64,000 nucleotides of DNA from Bdellovibrionales bacterium (GTDB lineage Bacteria > Bdellovibrionota > Bdellovibrionia > Bdellovibrionales > UBA1609), in NCBI GenBank assembly GCA_027317865.1, contig DAHVQG010000004.1, positions 100,399 through 164,398 of the forward strand, given 5' to 3'. The notes under the pieces are model-generated. The model searched no databases, was not told the DNA's origin, and saw only the letters and a program-made list of their open reading frames with translations. The position numbers and the translations under genes are program-made. Below, in pieces: positions 48,076 through 58,123 of the stretch; within the stretch, counting starts at the first letter, position 1, and each line of letters opens with the position of its first letter.

Positions 48076-49374
48076 CTAGAACCGTATTGGTTTGCCCTTA
48101 CAATATGTCTGTTTAACGGGGTGGTATCCCACTTCGTAAAATAAACGGCGCCAATTTTCGTTTAAAACAACGAAGTCAGCGCTGAAATCTGACATTAGAG
48201 CCCCGATTTGATGATGAAGACCCAGCGCGCGAGCCGCATTGTAGGTCCAAGCCGATAAAACTTCGGGTTGAGACATGCGCATTTCAAGTCGCGCCAGCAC
48301 GCCGATGAGCGAAAGATCGAGCGTGGGTGACGTCCCAGGATTATAATCAGTCGCCAAAGCAACCCGAGCCCCAGCATCGATAAGCATACGCGCCGAAGGG
48401 TATTTCATCTTTAAATAAAAGTCGCTGGAGGGCAACAGTACGCTCACGGCGTCCGATTGTGCCAAATCTTGGACGTCGGCATTCGAGATTTGTACACAGT
48501 GATCCACAGACTGCGCGCCGAGCTTAGCCAGTTCGCGGCTTGCGCCGGTTCGGGTTAGTTGATCGGCGTGGGCCGAAACAGCAAAACCTAATTCTTGGGC
48601 TCGTTTGACGTACTCGCGCGCTTCGGTAAGTGAATAATAATTCTCTTCAACGAAAATATCCACGCGCTCAGCCAATTTTTTCGCTTTAACTTTAAGGAGA
48701 GTACTGGTGACGATTTCACGAAAGTACTCGTCTTTATTCATCCCCGGCGGCGGCGCATGCGGGCCCAAATAGGTGGCAATGATTCGAGCCGTTGTCTTGG
48801 CCTTTAGGCGCTTGATGACTTCTAATATTCGAATCTCGTCATGTTCACAAAGACCGTACCCACTTTTTATTTCAACAGTTGTCACACCTTGAACCAAATG
48901 CCGGCGCAATCGTTCTTCAGCGAGCTTAACAAGCTGTTTGGTCGAGGTTTCACGGGTTTGTTGAACAGTGTAACGAATGCCCCCGCCTTTAGCGGCAATT
49001 TCCTGATAAGTCGCACCTTGGTTTCGAAGTTCAAATTCATGAGCGCGATCGCCAGCAAAAACAAGGTGCGTGTGGCAGTCAATAAAGGCTGGCATGACCG
49101 TTGGGGCATGCAGTTTGACTTCACGAACTTTGGACGTTGTATGCGTTTTCGCAAGGGTTCTTAGTGCCGATCGGACTTGACGGCGTGGCCCGACCCATAA
49201 AATTTGGCTGTCACCGCTCCGGCGCGATTCGCCTTTCGTAAAACTGTTGCGATTCCCGGCAATCATCGCAGCATCGCGAATTATGCCCAAATCTTCTTCA
49301 CGAGGGCGGCGTCCGTCTTTTGCCACCACCCCCGAAAAAGTGAGTAGTTCTTCAATGTGCGTGTAAAGGGTCAC
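48076..49374 (-). CDS. hutI: Imidazolonepropionase
   Basis: DCHTHLVFAG, EIKSGYGL, HADQL, ATDYNPG. Confidence 0.95.
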   Translation of the reverse strand: MTLYTHIEELLTFSGVVAKDGRRPREEDLGIIRDAAMIAGNRNSFTKGESRRSGDSQILWVGPRRQVRSALRTLAKTHTTSKVREVKLHAPTVMPAFIDCHTHLVFAGDRAHEFELRNQGATYQEIAAKGGGIRYTVQQTRETSTKQLVKLAEERLRRHLVQGVTTVEIKSGYGLCEHDEIRILEVIKRLKAKTTARIIATYLGPHAPPPGMNKDEYFREIVTSTLLKVKAKKLAERVDIFVEENYYSLTEAREYVKRAQELGFAVSAHADQLTRTGASRELAKLGAQSVDHCVQISNADVQDLAQSDAVSVLLPSSDFYLKMKYPSARMLIDAGARVALATDYNPGTSPTLDLSLIGVLARLEMRMSQPEVLSAWTYNAARALGLHHQIGALMSDFSADFVVLNENWRRLFYEVGYHPVKQTYCKGKPIRF

Positions 49375-49388
49375 GTTCTCACCTCGTT

Positions 49389-50372
49389 TTATTCGATGAC
49401 GGCGCCGCTCTTATCCGTTTCTTGGCTTCGATAAAATTCATAAATAATCCCGGCATAAAAGCTTTGGTTTTGTATGGAGCGCATAAGAGGGCTTCTACGA
49501 TTAGCGGAGCCGGCAAAAAACGAACTATCAACGCCGCAAAAATAGAGAAATCGACTTTTTGACGAAGGCGCATGATGATAAGTGAATCCGACGTAATCAT
49601 ACATATAACCAGGCTCAGCCGAATAAGCTGGCCGACTCGGAGTCGCATACTGAGGTTCTACATCGTAAAAATAACGAGTCAGCTCGCTCGTCCCCCAAAG
49701 TGCTCCGTAATAGGCGACAATTGTTCCGTGTGGATCAAATCCTAAACCATGCGAAAAAACCAATTCAGGATTAAAATCAAATCCGCGGCCATCAATTTGC
49801 GTAAAATCCGTCGACATCACCCATCGCACTGGTAACGAAAAATTGAGGGTCATTCGAGGTTTGTGAATGAGGTGAATCAAAACACGCGGACCAAATTCGC
49901 CCATCCAATCGAGATTGGGCATGCCTTGACGAGCCTGATCATCAGCGCTGTTAACCGGAAAAGACCCCGCAACGCTGGCATCGATATCAAGTTCCGTACT
50001 GTTCAAAAATACACCGCGAAGATTTCCGTTTTGGTCCGCACGTAAAAAATTACCGCGATATATGAAATACGGGACGGGTAACCACACGTAGTGCATTTGA
50101 TCGGCGCCAGGATAATCATCGAGTAGCGCGCTTGAAACTCCGACACCCATTTCAAGCTTCGGTAGCGGCTTTTGCCCCCCGCTTCTGGCCCGGATGTTTG
50201 CCAAACTCAAACCCGTCATTGCGTCTTGGGTACTCGCGGTCAATCGGCTCGGGGCCTGGGCGTTAGCGTAACAGCAATAGCCGATATTTATTGCCAATAG
50301 TACAACTGCTGCGATTAGACCCAATATTTTTTTCGCAACCTTGACCTGAGCGCAATCCATGCGCACCGCCAT
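49389..50372 (-). CDS. MipA/OmpV family outer-membrane protein
   Basis: DYPGAD...PVPYFIYRG, RQGMPNLD, YFYDV....ATPSRPAYSA.PGY. Confidence 0.75.
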   Translation of the reverse strand: MAVRMDCAQVKVAKKILGLIAAVVLLAINIGYCCYANAQAPSRLTASTQDAMTGLSLANIRARSGGQKPLPKLEMGVGVSSALLDDYPGADQMHYVWLPVPYFIYRGNFLRADQNGNLRGVFLNSTELDIDASVAGSFPVNSADDQARQGMPNLDWMGEFGPRVLIHLIHKPRMTLNFSLPVRWVMSTDFTQIDGRGFDFNPELVFSHGLGFDPHGTIVAYYGALWGTSELTRYFYDVEPQYATPSRPAYSAEPGYMYDYVGFTYHHAPSSKSRFLYFCGVDSSFFAGSANRRSPLMRSIQNQSFYAGIIYEFYRSQETDKSGAVIE

Positions 50373-50405
50373 TTATCCCCCAAGCTCAATCGAAATCAAA
50401 TTTTA

Positions 50406-52115
50406 TTAAATCCATGGAGATTTTACGCCGCGTTCACGCCCTACTTGTATTGCTTTTTCATATCCCGCATCAATATGACGAAATAATCCCGTCGCCGGGT
50501 CAGCTGTCAGCACACGATCGAGTCGCGCATCAGCTGCTTTCGATCCGTCCGCAACTATCACCTGCCCCGCGTGAAGACTGTATCCAATACCCACACCGCC
50601 ACCGTGATGAAAACTCACCCATGAAGCTCCACACGCCGTATTTACAAGTGCATTGAGAATGGGCCAATCGGCAACGGCATCGGTACCGTCTTTCATAGCT
50701 TCTGTCTCACGATACGGAGAGGCCACCGACCCGCAGTCAAGATGATCACGACCGATCACGATTGGGGCCTTCACTTTTTTTGTTCGCACAAGTTCGTTGA
50801 ATTTTAAACCCGCTTTGGTACGTTCGCCGTATTCAAGCCAACAAATCCGTGCCGGCAAACCTTGAAATGCAATCCGTTTCTCGGCGTTATCGAGCCAAGT
50901 AAGCAATGCTTTTTTCTGCGGAAAAAGCTCGCGAAGCGCATCGTCTGTCACTTGTATGTCATGCGGATCGCCCGAAAGCGCCACCCAACGGAAAGGGCCG
51001 CTCCCTAAGCAAAAAAGCGGACGAATGTACTCCGGCACAAATCCAGGAATATCAAAGGCCTTGACCACTCCTTCTTCTTTAGCGACCGCGCGTATGTTAT
51101 TGCCATAGTCAAAAGTCACGGCTCCCGCGTTTTGCATGGCGAGCATACCTTCAACGTGTTTAGCAATACTCGCGCGAGACTTCTTCAGATAAGATTTGGG
51201 ATCATCTGTGCGCAGTTTAGCCGCTTCGGCCATCGAATAACCTTCAGGAATATACCCACGAAGTGGGTCATGCGCCGAAGTCTGATCGGTGAGCAAATCG
51301 GGGTGAAATCCACGCTTGTAAAGCTCGTGAATGACGGTGGCCATATTGCCAAGAAGGGCCACCGATCGCGGCGTTTTCGTTTTTTTATAATTTTCAACAC
51401 GGGCAATGGCATCGTCGATATTTTCGGCCACTTCATCAACGTATTTTGTTTCAACCCGGCGGCGAATACGCTCTGGGTCAACTTCAACCGCTAACACCGC
51501 CGCGCCCGCAAAAACTCCGGCCAATGGTTGCGCACCACCCATTCCACCAAGGCCTGCCGTTAAAATACTACGCCCAAGAAGCGTGCGGCCGTCGCTTGCA
51601 CTGTTTGAACTTTCGCCCGCTGTATTGGTGGCGCCAAAGTGCTTACGCCCAGCTTCGGCAAAGGTTTCGTATGTGCCTTGAATGATTCCTTGAGTGCCAA
51701 TGTAAATCCAGGAGCCCGCTGTCATTTGTCCGAACATCATGAGCCCGCGCCGGTCGAGTTCATCAAAATGTTCCCAAGTAGCCCATTTACCAACGAGATT
51801 CGAATTGGCGATGAGAACCCGCGGCGCATCGGGGTGAGTTTTTACCACTCCCACCGGTTTACCCGACTGAATCAGAAGAGTTTCATCGTCGTTCAACTCT
51901 TGCAACGTTTCTAATATTTTATCAAAACAAGGCCAGTTGCGCGCCGCTTTGCCGCGTCCACCATACACAATCAATTCTTCGGGGTGCTCAGCCACATTCG
52001 GATCGAGATTATTTTGAATCATCCGAAACGCCGCTTCTTGAATCCAGCCTTTGCAATGTAGATCCGTGCCGGTCGGCGCCCGAACAATGCGCGCGCGGCC
52101 CTTTTCTTTTACCAT
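50406..52115 (-). CDS. hutU: Urocanate hydratase
   Basis: [41 protein letters not shown]. Confidence 0.97.
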   Translation of the reverse strand: MVKEKGRARIVRAPTGTDLHCKGWIQEAAFRMIQNNLDPNVAEHPEELIVYGGRGKAARNWPCFDKILETLQELNDDETLLIQSGKPVGVVKTHPDAPRVLIANSNLVGKWATWEHFDELDRRGLMMFGQMTAGSWIYIGTQGIIQGTYETFAEAGRKHFGATNTAGESSNSASDGRTLLGRSILTAGLGGMGGAQPLAGVFAGAAVLAVEVDPERIRRRVETKYVDEVAENIDDAIARVENYKKTKTPRSVALLGNMATVIHELYKRGFHPDLLTDQTSAHDPLRGYIPEGYSMAEAAKLRTDDPKSYLKKSRASIAKHVEGMLAMQNAGAVTFDYGNNIRAVAKEEGVVKAFDIPGFVPEYIRPLFCLGSGPFRWVALSGDPHDIQVTDDALRELFPQKKALLTWLDNAEKRIAFQGLPARICWLEYGERTKAGLKFNELVRTKKVKAPIVIGRDHLDCGSVASPYRETEAMKDGTDAVADWPILNALVNTACGASWVSFHHGGGVGIGYSLHAGQVIVADGSKAADARLDRVLTADPATGLFRHIDAGYEKAIQVGRERGVKSPWI

Positions 52116-53674
52116 TCGAGTTCCCCTATTTTTTGTGTCGCAAGAGTCAGTAATTCGCCGGATGCAATATGATGGCGGATGGTTTCGACGTCTTTTGCGA
52201 ACACACGATCGACTTTGGCGAGTGGCACGTACCGCTCCAACCGGTCAAACGCGACCGCGACGGCGCCTGACGGGCGTAATGGCTTCAGCAGCGAAAGTGC
52301 TTGCATGGAACACAACATTTCCATCGCCAAAATATTTTCGAGATTATCGACGACCTTGCGAAGTTTTCGTGCGGCAATCGTCCCCATGCTGACGTGGTCT
52401 TCTTTATCAACAGATGTTGGGATGCTATCAACCGACGCCGGATGCGTGTGAATTTTATTTTCACTGACTAACGCGGCGGCTGCGACTTGCACGATCATCA
52501 TTCCCGAATTTAAACCGCCGTCGACCGCCAAAAACGCAGGCAAACGGCTGAAGTTGGGATTGATAAGCTTAGAAATTCGGCACTCGCTCATGCTGCCGAT
52601 CGCGGCCAGAGCGATCGCAAGGTAATCAAGTTGAAAAGCAACCGGTTCGCCATGAAAATTCCCACATGAGAGCACCTTGCCATCTTTGGCAAACACAAGC
52701 GGATTATCGGTGCTCGAATTGGCTTCGATTTCTAGGGTTTCAATCGCGCGGCGAAGGCTGTCTTTCACCGCTCCATGAACAGCCGGCATGCAGCGAAGTG
52801 AGTACGCATCTTGCACGCGATCACAGTTTTCGTGGCTCTTTGAGATTTCTGAAGTTTCGCCGAGTATACGCAAGAGGTTGCGGGCGGTTTTGCGCTCACC
52901 GGCATGCGGCCTTGTTTCAGAAATGAGCGGATCAAATGCAGACCGCGAACCACGTAAAGCTTCAAGACTCATGGCCCCTGAAACATCGGCTTGCAAGACA
53001 AGATTGCGCGCCCGATGAGCGGCAAGTAATCCCACTGCCGTCATAACCTGACAGCCATTAATGAGCGACAAGCCCTCTTTGGCTTTAAGTTTAAGCGGCT
53101 CTAAGTTATGCGACTTCAAAACTTCGAGCGTATTTTGACGAGTGCCGCTCGGTGACCACACTTCACCTTCGCCAATTAACGACAACGCCAAATGCGCGAG
53201 CGGAGCAAGGTCACCGCTAGCTCCCACACTGCCTTGCGATGGAATCACGGGAATAATATCATGATTTAAAAACTCGATAATTTTTCCGACGACCTCAACT
53301 CTCACGCCACTATGGCCGCGCGCAAGCGTATTGGCCCGCAAAAACATTATGGCCCGGCTTTCAGCGCGCGTAAACGGCTCGCCCACCCCGACGCAGTGAG
53401 AGTGTATTAAATTTTTTTGTAAATTTTCAATATCCGCGTCCGAAATGCGCACCGAACTGAATGCGCCAAATCCCGTGTTCACTCCATAAATGATTTCGCC
53501 CTTTGTAATCGCTTTTTCAATGAAATCACGAGAGGTCTGCATGCGCGCACGGGCGCTGTCTGAAAGTTGCACGTGCTCGCCCCGCCACGCGGCCACCGCT
53601 TCGCCCGCAGCTTCAGCACCAGCCACCTTCCAAACTTCATCAATTGTTACACCTTCGCCCGTAATTTCGATCAT
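52109..53674 (-). CDS. hutH: Histidine ammonia-lyase
   Basis: [17 protein letters not shown] (MIO), [20 protein letters not shown]. Confidence 0.97.
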   Translation of the reverse strand: MIEITGEGVTIDEVWKVAGAEAAGEAVAAWRGEHVQLSDSARARMQTSRDFIEKAITKGEIIYGVNTGFGAFSSVRISDADIENLQKNLIHSHCVGVGEPFTRAESRAIMFLRANTLARGHSGVRVEVVGKIIEFLNHDIIPVIPSQGSVGASGDLAPLAHLALSLIGEGEVWSPSGTRQNTLEVLKSHNLEPLKLKAKEGLSLINGCQVMTAVGLLAAHRARNLVLQADVSGAMSLEALRGSRSAFDPLISETRPHAGERKTARNLLRILGETSEISKSHENCDRVQDAYSLRCMPAVHGAVKDSLRRAIETLEIEANSSTDNPLVFAKDGKVLSCGNFHGEPVAFQLDYLAIALAAIGSMSECRISKLINPNFSRLPAFLAVDGGLNSGMMIVQVAAAALVSENKIHTHPASVDSIPTSVDKEDHVSMGTIAARKLRKVVDNLENILAMEMLCSMQALSLLKPLRPSGAVAVAFDRLERYVPLAKVDRVFAKDVETIRHHIASGELLTLATQKIGELEW

Positions 53675-53684
53675 AAAATTTCGA

Positions 53685-54350
53685 TCACAATTCTTGCTTT
53701 GCCGCCTTTAGCTTTGCAATCGCCTCTCTATAGTCGCGGCTAAATATATAATGTCCGGCTACCAGCACATCCGCCAAGCGACATTGCGTAGCGGTGTCAG
53801 CGTTGATACCGCCGTCGACCTCGATTAGGGCCTTCGAGCCGATTCGGTTTAACTCCGCTCGAATCGCCGCAATCTTACCCACCTGTTCAAACATAAAAGT
53901 TTGCCCGCCAAAACCGGGGTTCACCGTCATAATGAGAATTAAATCCGTTTTTGACAGGTATGGAAAAATCTTTTCAACCGCTGTCGCAGGACGCAAAGTC
54001 AGACCAGCTTTGCACCCAGCGGCGCGAATGGTTTCAAGGCAACCGTCAACCTCGTCGGTCGATTCAACATGGATGGTAATAAGGTCACTGCCCGCATTTA
54101 TGAACTCTTTTAGCCATTTTTCAGGGCGTTCGATCATCAAATGGACGTCCAACGGCTTCTTTGTGCAGGACCGCAAACTTTTGATCACGGGCGCGCCAAT
54201 AGTTAAATTGGGCACGAAATGACCGTCCATCACGTCGATATGCAGCCAATCAGCGCCCGCGTTTTCAACGGCACTAATTTCTTCGGAGAGCCGCGAAAAA
54301 TCGGCCGATAATAAACTTGGAGCAATCAAAAATTCATTCAACTCGATCAC
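53685..54350 (-). CDS. rpe: Ribulose-phosphate 3-epimerase
   Basis: APSLLSADF, HIDVMDGHFVPN, PGFGGQ, VDGGI. Confidence 0.96.
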   Translation of the reverse strand: MIELNEFLIAPSLLSADFSRLSEEISAVENAGADWLHIDVMDGHFVPNLTIGAPVIKSLRSCTKKPLDVHLMIERPEKWLKEFINAGSDLITIHVESTDEVDGCLETIRAAGCKAGLTLRPATAVEKIFPYLSKTDLILIMTVNPGFGGQTFMFEQVGKIAAIRAELNRIGSKALIEVDGGINADTATQCRLADVLVAGHYIFSRDYREAIAKLKAAKQEL

Positions 54351-55290
54351 CTACTTTGAGCTTATAGCCTAACAAAAAATCATGGGCCGACATTGGTGAT
54401 TTCGACTCCGGTTGCACGCGTGTAATACGTAACGCTCCCTCGCGGCAAGCCACAGTAAAACTGTCGTTACCCACGGCTACAATATTCCCCGGCGTATTCC
54501 GAGCAGAAGTATCTGTCAAATGAACGACCTCGCCGCTGAGTATTTTAAGCGCACGACCGTTTAAATTCGTCGCCGAACCGGGGCCCAAAATCATGGCACG
54601 AATATGATTACGTATTTGCGTGGCCGTTTTATTGTTCCAATCGATCTGTGCTTCTGATTTTTCAATTTTGTGCGCATACGTCACGAGTTTCTCGTCTTGG
54701 GGAGTCGGCACCAAATCTCCGCGCAAATATTTGAGAAAATCCACTCGTAAAAGCCGCACGCCGAGCGGCATTAGTTCATCGTGAAGGCGTTGAGCATCCC
54801 ACGACTCGTCGATTTTGACACGATAGCTCGCAATTACATCACCAGCATCGAGCTTTTTAACCATTAGTTGCAGCGACACACCAGTTTCAATATCGCCAGC
54901 CTCAATGGCGCGCTGAATAGGCGCGGCCCCCCTCCAGCGCGGCAAGAGACTCGCATGTACATTGACCACTTTGCCAGGAAATATATCTAAAAAAGTTTGC
55001 GGCAAAATCTGACCGTACGCTACAACAATGGCGGCATCTGCGCCCCAACTTTTAATCTCACGTAAAGTCTCTTCATTTTTAATGGTTTCAGGCGTGATGA
55101 CGCGCAAACCCCGATCAAGAGCTAATTGTTTAACCGGGCTCGGCGTGAGGTGCATTTTACGGCCGCTGGGGCGGTCAGGTTGGCTAATTACTCCGACGAC
55201 TGAATACTGGGGATCATCAATAAGACTCGCAAGATGATGACGCGAAAAATCTGGAGTGCCCAGAAAAACAACACGAATGGTTGAACTCAA
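54334..55290 (-). CDS. fmt: Methionyl-tRNA formyltransferase
   Basis: GTPDF, NVHASLLPRWRGAAPI, LDAG. Confidence 0.96.
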   Translation of the reverse strand: MSSTIRVVFLGTPDFSRHHLASLIDDPQYSVVGVISQPDRPSGRKMHLTPSPVKQLALDRGLRVITPETIKNEETLREIKSWGADAAIVVAYGQILPQTFLDIFPGKVVNVHASLLPRWRGAAPIQRAIEAGDIETGVSLQLMVKKLDAGDVIASYRVKIDESWDAQRLHDELMPLGVRLLRVDFLKYLRGDLVPTPQDEKLVTYAHKIEKSEAQIDWNNKTATQIRNHIRAMILGPGSATNLNGRALKILSGEVVHLTDTSARNTPGNIVAVGNDSFTVACREGALRITRVQPESKSPMSAHDFLLGYKLKVGDRVE

Positions 55291-55964
55291 AGCCGATGTT
55301 CCGAAGGTGTTTTAGATTCTTCGCCTTTATCGGACTCGTCATCGTCTTTTTGATCCGTAGAATATCCAAATTTGCGAATTTTCGCCTTAATTCTCGCCGA
55401 TTTAATTGGGCTGAGACGATCGATAAAAAGCTTGCCGTCCAAATGGTCTATTTCGTGTTGAATACAAATAGCAAGCAGACCGTCGGTTTTAAATTCAATT
55501 TTCTTACCTTCTATATTGAGAGCTTCGACTTCAATGATTCGTGCCCGCTCCACCACTTCAAAATAGGTGGGAACACTCAAACAACCTTCATTATAAGTAA
55601 TCTTGCCTTCTTTTTTTTTCACGACCGGATTGAACAAAATGAGCGGCTGAGCGATGTTCTTTTCGAATACTGGTTCGCCCAATTCGTCCCGAAGCTCGCG
55701 TTCGTTGACTTCGTCTTCGGGGCCCTCACGACTGTCGTCTTCGGGGCCCTCACGACTGTCGTCTTCGGGTCGACGCGTATCAATTACGATCAAGCGGATT
55801 TGCCGATTCACTTGCGCTGCCGCAAGGCCGATCCCGCGGTGGGCATACATTGTTTCCAGCATATCGTTGGCAAATTGGGCAAGCTCGTCGGTGACTTTAT
55901 CAACCGGCTTACATTTTTTGCGTAAATTCGGATCTGGAAATTTTAGAATTTCTAACTTCGCCAC
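55287..55964 (-). CDS. def: Peptide deformylase with acidic repeat insertion
   Basis: GIGLAAAQV, EGCLSV, QHEIDHL. Confidence 0.96.
   Translation of the reverse strand: MAKLEILKFPDPNLRKKCKPVDKVTDELAQFANDMLETMYAHRGIGLAAAQVNRQIRLIVIDTRRPEDDSREGPEDDSREGPEDEVNERELRDELGEPVFEKNIAQPLILFNPVVKKKEGKITYNEGCLSVPTYFEVVERARIIEVEALNIEGKKIEFKTDGLLAICIQHEIDHLDGKLFIDRLSPIKSARIKAKIRKFGYSTDQKDDDESDKGEESKTPSEHRL
55711..55769. repeat. Perfect 24-bp tandem repeat (~2.5 copies) inside def, encoding EDDSREGP
   Basis: tcgtcttcggggccctcacgactg x2 followed by tcgtcttcggg. Confidence 0.92.
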
Positions 55965-55970
55965 AAAATA

Positions 55971-55999
55971 ACAATACCAAATTCATTAGAGGCGGTCAA
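55971..55999 (-). promoter_or_regulatory. Sigma70 promoter TTGACC-N17-TATTGT (TGn-extended), 6 nt before the def GTG
   Basis: Read directly on the minus strand; no SD. Confidence 0.7.
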
Positions 56000-56011
56000 A
56001 ATTGCCCGTTT

Positions 56012-57091
56012 TCACTGCTTTAAATTGACGAGCGCGGCCGTCGCCGCCCCGCCCATGATAAAATTCGGCCCCCAAGCCGCTAACATGGGATCAATCACTC
56101 CGTGTTTACCCATCGCCAATGAGGCACTGTAAAACACCCAATAAATGAAGCCGATAGCAACACTCAACCCGATATTTACCATATTACCACCGGCGCGCGC
56201 GCGCTTAATGGTGAACGGGATCCCCATCAACGACAATACAAGGCCGGCAAACGCGTACGACATTTTGGAATAAAGATCTACCTCATAGCCGAGCGTATTA
56301 AGGCCGGCCGCCTTGTTTCTTTCGATAAAATGGCGCAACTGTTCCGTCGTGAGAGTGTCGCTTGATGGCCTTACAGCAGCAAAATCGGCTAAGTCTTCAC
56401 TTACAGTCAGAGTTTTTCTTTGAAATGTTTTAGTTAACGGAAAACTCGATTCGTTAGTGAACAAAGTCACCGAGCCATCGCGCAAATGCCAAGTTTTTTT
56501 GTTCATGAATACCGTTTTAGCTTTAATAAGCTGCACAAGGTTCCAGGCATTATCGAAATAATAAAGAGTGATGCCTTGTGCCGTCTTTTTTTCGGCGTTT
56601 AAATAAGAAATATTAAAAATCGTATTATGCGATCGATACCAAATTTTGTTTCGTTCAACCGTCGAATATAGTCCAGGGTCTTTTTCTAGGTCGACGTAAT
56701 AAACATAGTTTTTCTTTTGTGCCGCAACGGGCAGAACATGATCGCCGAACCAATACGTGAATAAACAAATAAGGCTCAGAACCATCAATACCGGCAAACA
56801 CACGCGCGCCAAACTGTACCCCAAACTATAAAGCGCGGTGAGTTCGTTGTTACGGTTGAGCGCTGAGAGCGTGAACATCGTCCCCACCATGCCGCCAATA
56901 GGCATCAGGCGATATAGGATACGGATTATGTCATACTTATAATATTCAACTAAAACGTGCGTGGGAGCGTGAAACTGCATCGACACCGACGTGTAATCGA
57001 TTGCAAGGTAGATCGCTGCAAACACAATAAGTCCGCCTAAAAAATAAAAGAAAAAATTTTTCGCTAAATAGCGGTCGATACTAGTAAACAG
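56012..57091 (-). CDS. lptG: LPS export ABC transporter permease LptG (YjgP/YjgQ family); probable CTG start
   Basis: IDRYLAK N-terminus, NNELTAL...G.S, beta-jellyroll region, AAWGPN; frame open to CTG 57091, bounded by TAG/TGA. Confidence 0.85.
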   Translation of the reverse strand: MFTSIDRYLAKNFFFYFLGGLIVFAAIYLAIDYTSVSMQFHAPTHVLVEYYKYDIIRILYRLMPIGGMVGTMFTLSALNRNNELTALYSLGYSLARVCLPVLMVLSLICLFTYWFGDHVLPVAAQKKNYVYYVDLEKDPGLYSTVERNKIWYRSHNTIFNISYLNAEKKTAQGITLYYFDNAWNLVQLIKAKTVFMNKKTWHLRDGSVTLFTNESSFPLTKTFQRKTLTVSEDLADFAAVRPSSDTLTTEQLRHFIERNKAAGLNTLGYEVDLYSKMSYAFAGLVLSLMGIPFTIKRARAGGNMVNIGLSVAIGFIYWVFYSASLAMGKHGVIDPMLAAWGPNFIMGGAATAALVNLKQ

Positions 57092-57136
57092 CTATCACCT
57101 CGTTGTCTGCCCTATCTTGACTCTACACTGGATTCG

Positions 57137-58123
57137 ATGTTGACTCGAATCATGGCTTTGCGCGTCTTACTTGCTGATGAAAGTGTCACTATAAAAAAGG
57201 TTTTTCAAGTAGCCTTGCAAGACTTTGGTGTCGAGGTCACACCCGTCACCATTGGCAGTGATGTTGTCGCGGTGGCCGAACGCGTTCATCCCGATATCGT
57301 CTTCGTGGACGTACTTTTACAAAAGAAAAACGGCTATGACGTTTGCCGGGACTTAAAAAAGACGCCGTCACTGGCCGCCACACCGGTCGTCCTTATTTGG
57401 AGTGGTTTCATGGAACTAGATCAACAAAAATATCGAAACTCGGGTGCAAACGACCATTTAGAAAAGCCATTTGACGCACAGAAATTGCGCTCCATTATCA
57501 CCGATTTGGTTCCAAAAACAAAAACTCAACCCGTCGCGCCTTTTGTTACACTTCCAAAACTTCCGGAATTTGACGAAGGCCCGCAATCGGTCCCGCTCGA
57601 AGCGAGCGGCTCTTCGTCTAAAGATAATTGGTCAATGGAAAGTTTTGAACCGCCGGCTATTCCAATATCTGCCGACGCCGATGAATTCACGAATGTTCCA
57701 ATTGCGTCACGCTCGAATTTAAACCGGGCGTTGCAAAATAAAAACCCCAGCACGGCAAACAAGCACGCTGTATCTAAATCCGACGATGAATTGGTAACTG
57801 CCGAAGATGACGGGCTCTGGGTACAAAAATCGTTATCGCGATTTCAACTCGAACCCGATAAGCAAGAGGATTCTGGTTTAGTTGAGCTAAATTTAGATAT
57901 ACATAAAGGCGAAAGCGCCAATCTTATGCCGCCTGAAACACCGAAAGAAGTCGCGCATAAACCAAAAGCTGAAATCCCGCAATTATCGGAAGAGCAGCTT
58001 ATACAAATAGTTCGTGCGCAATCCAAAGAAGTCATTGAAAAAGTGGTATGGCAAATCTTGCCAGAAATTGCAGCTCAAGTTGTGGAACGCGAACTCAGCA
58101 AGTTATTAGATGAACGCAAATGA
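57137..58123 (+). CDS. romR: RomR-like polarity response regulator (REC + disordered linker + RomR-C helix)
   Basis: LADESVTIKKV receiver; C-terminal EVIEKVVWQILPEIAAQVVERELSKL. Confidence 0.78.
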   Translation: MLTRIMALRVLLADESVTIKKVFQVALQDFGVEVTPVTIGSDVVAVAERVHPDIVFVDVLLQKKNGYDVCRDLKKTPSLAATPVVLIWSGFMELDQQKYRNSGANDHLEKPFDAQKLRSIITDLVPKTKTQPVAPFVTLPKLPEFDEGPQSVPLEASGSSSKDNWSMESFEPPAIPISADADEFTNVPIASRSNLNRALQNKNPSTANKHAVSKSDDELVTAEDDGLWVQKSLSRFQLEPDKQEDSGLVELNLDIHKGESANLMPPETPKEVAHKPKAEIPQLSEEQLIQIVRAQSKEVIEKVVWQILPEIAAQVVERELSKLLDERK

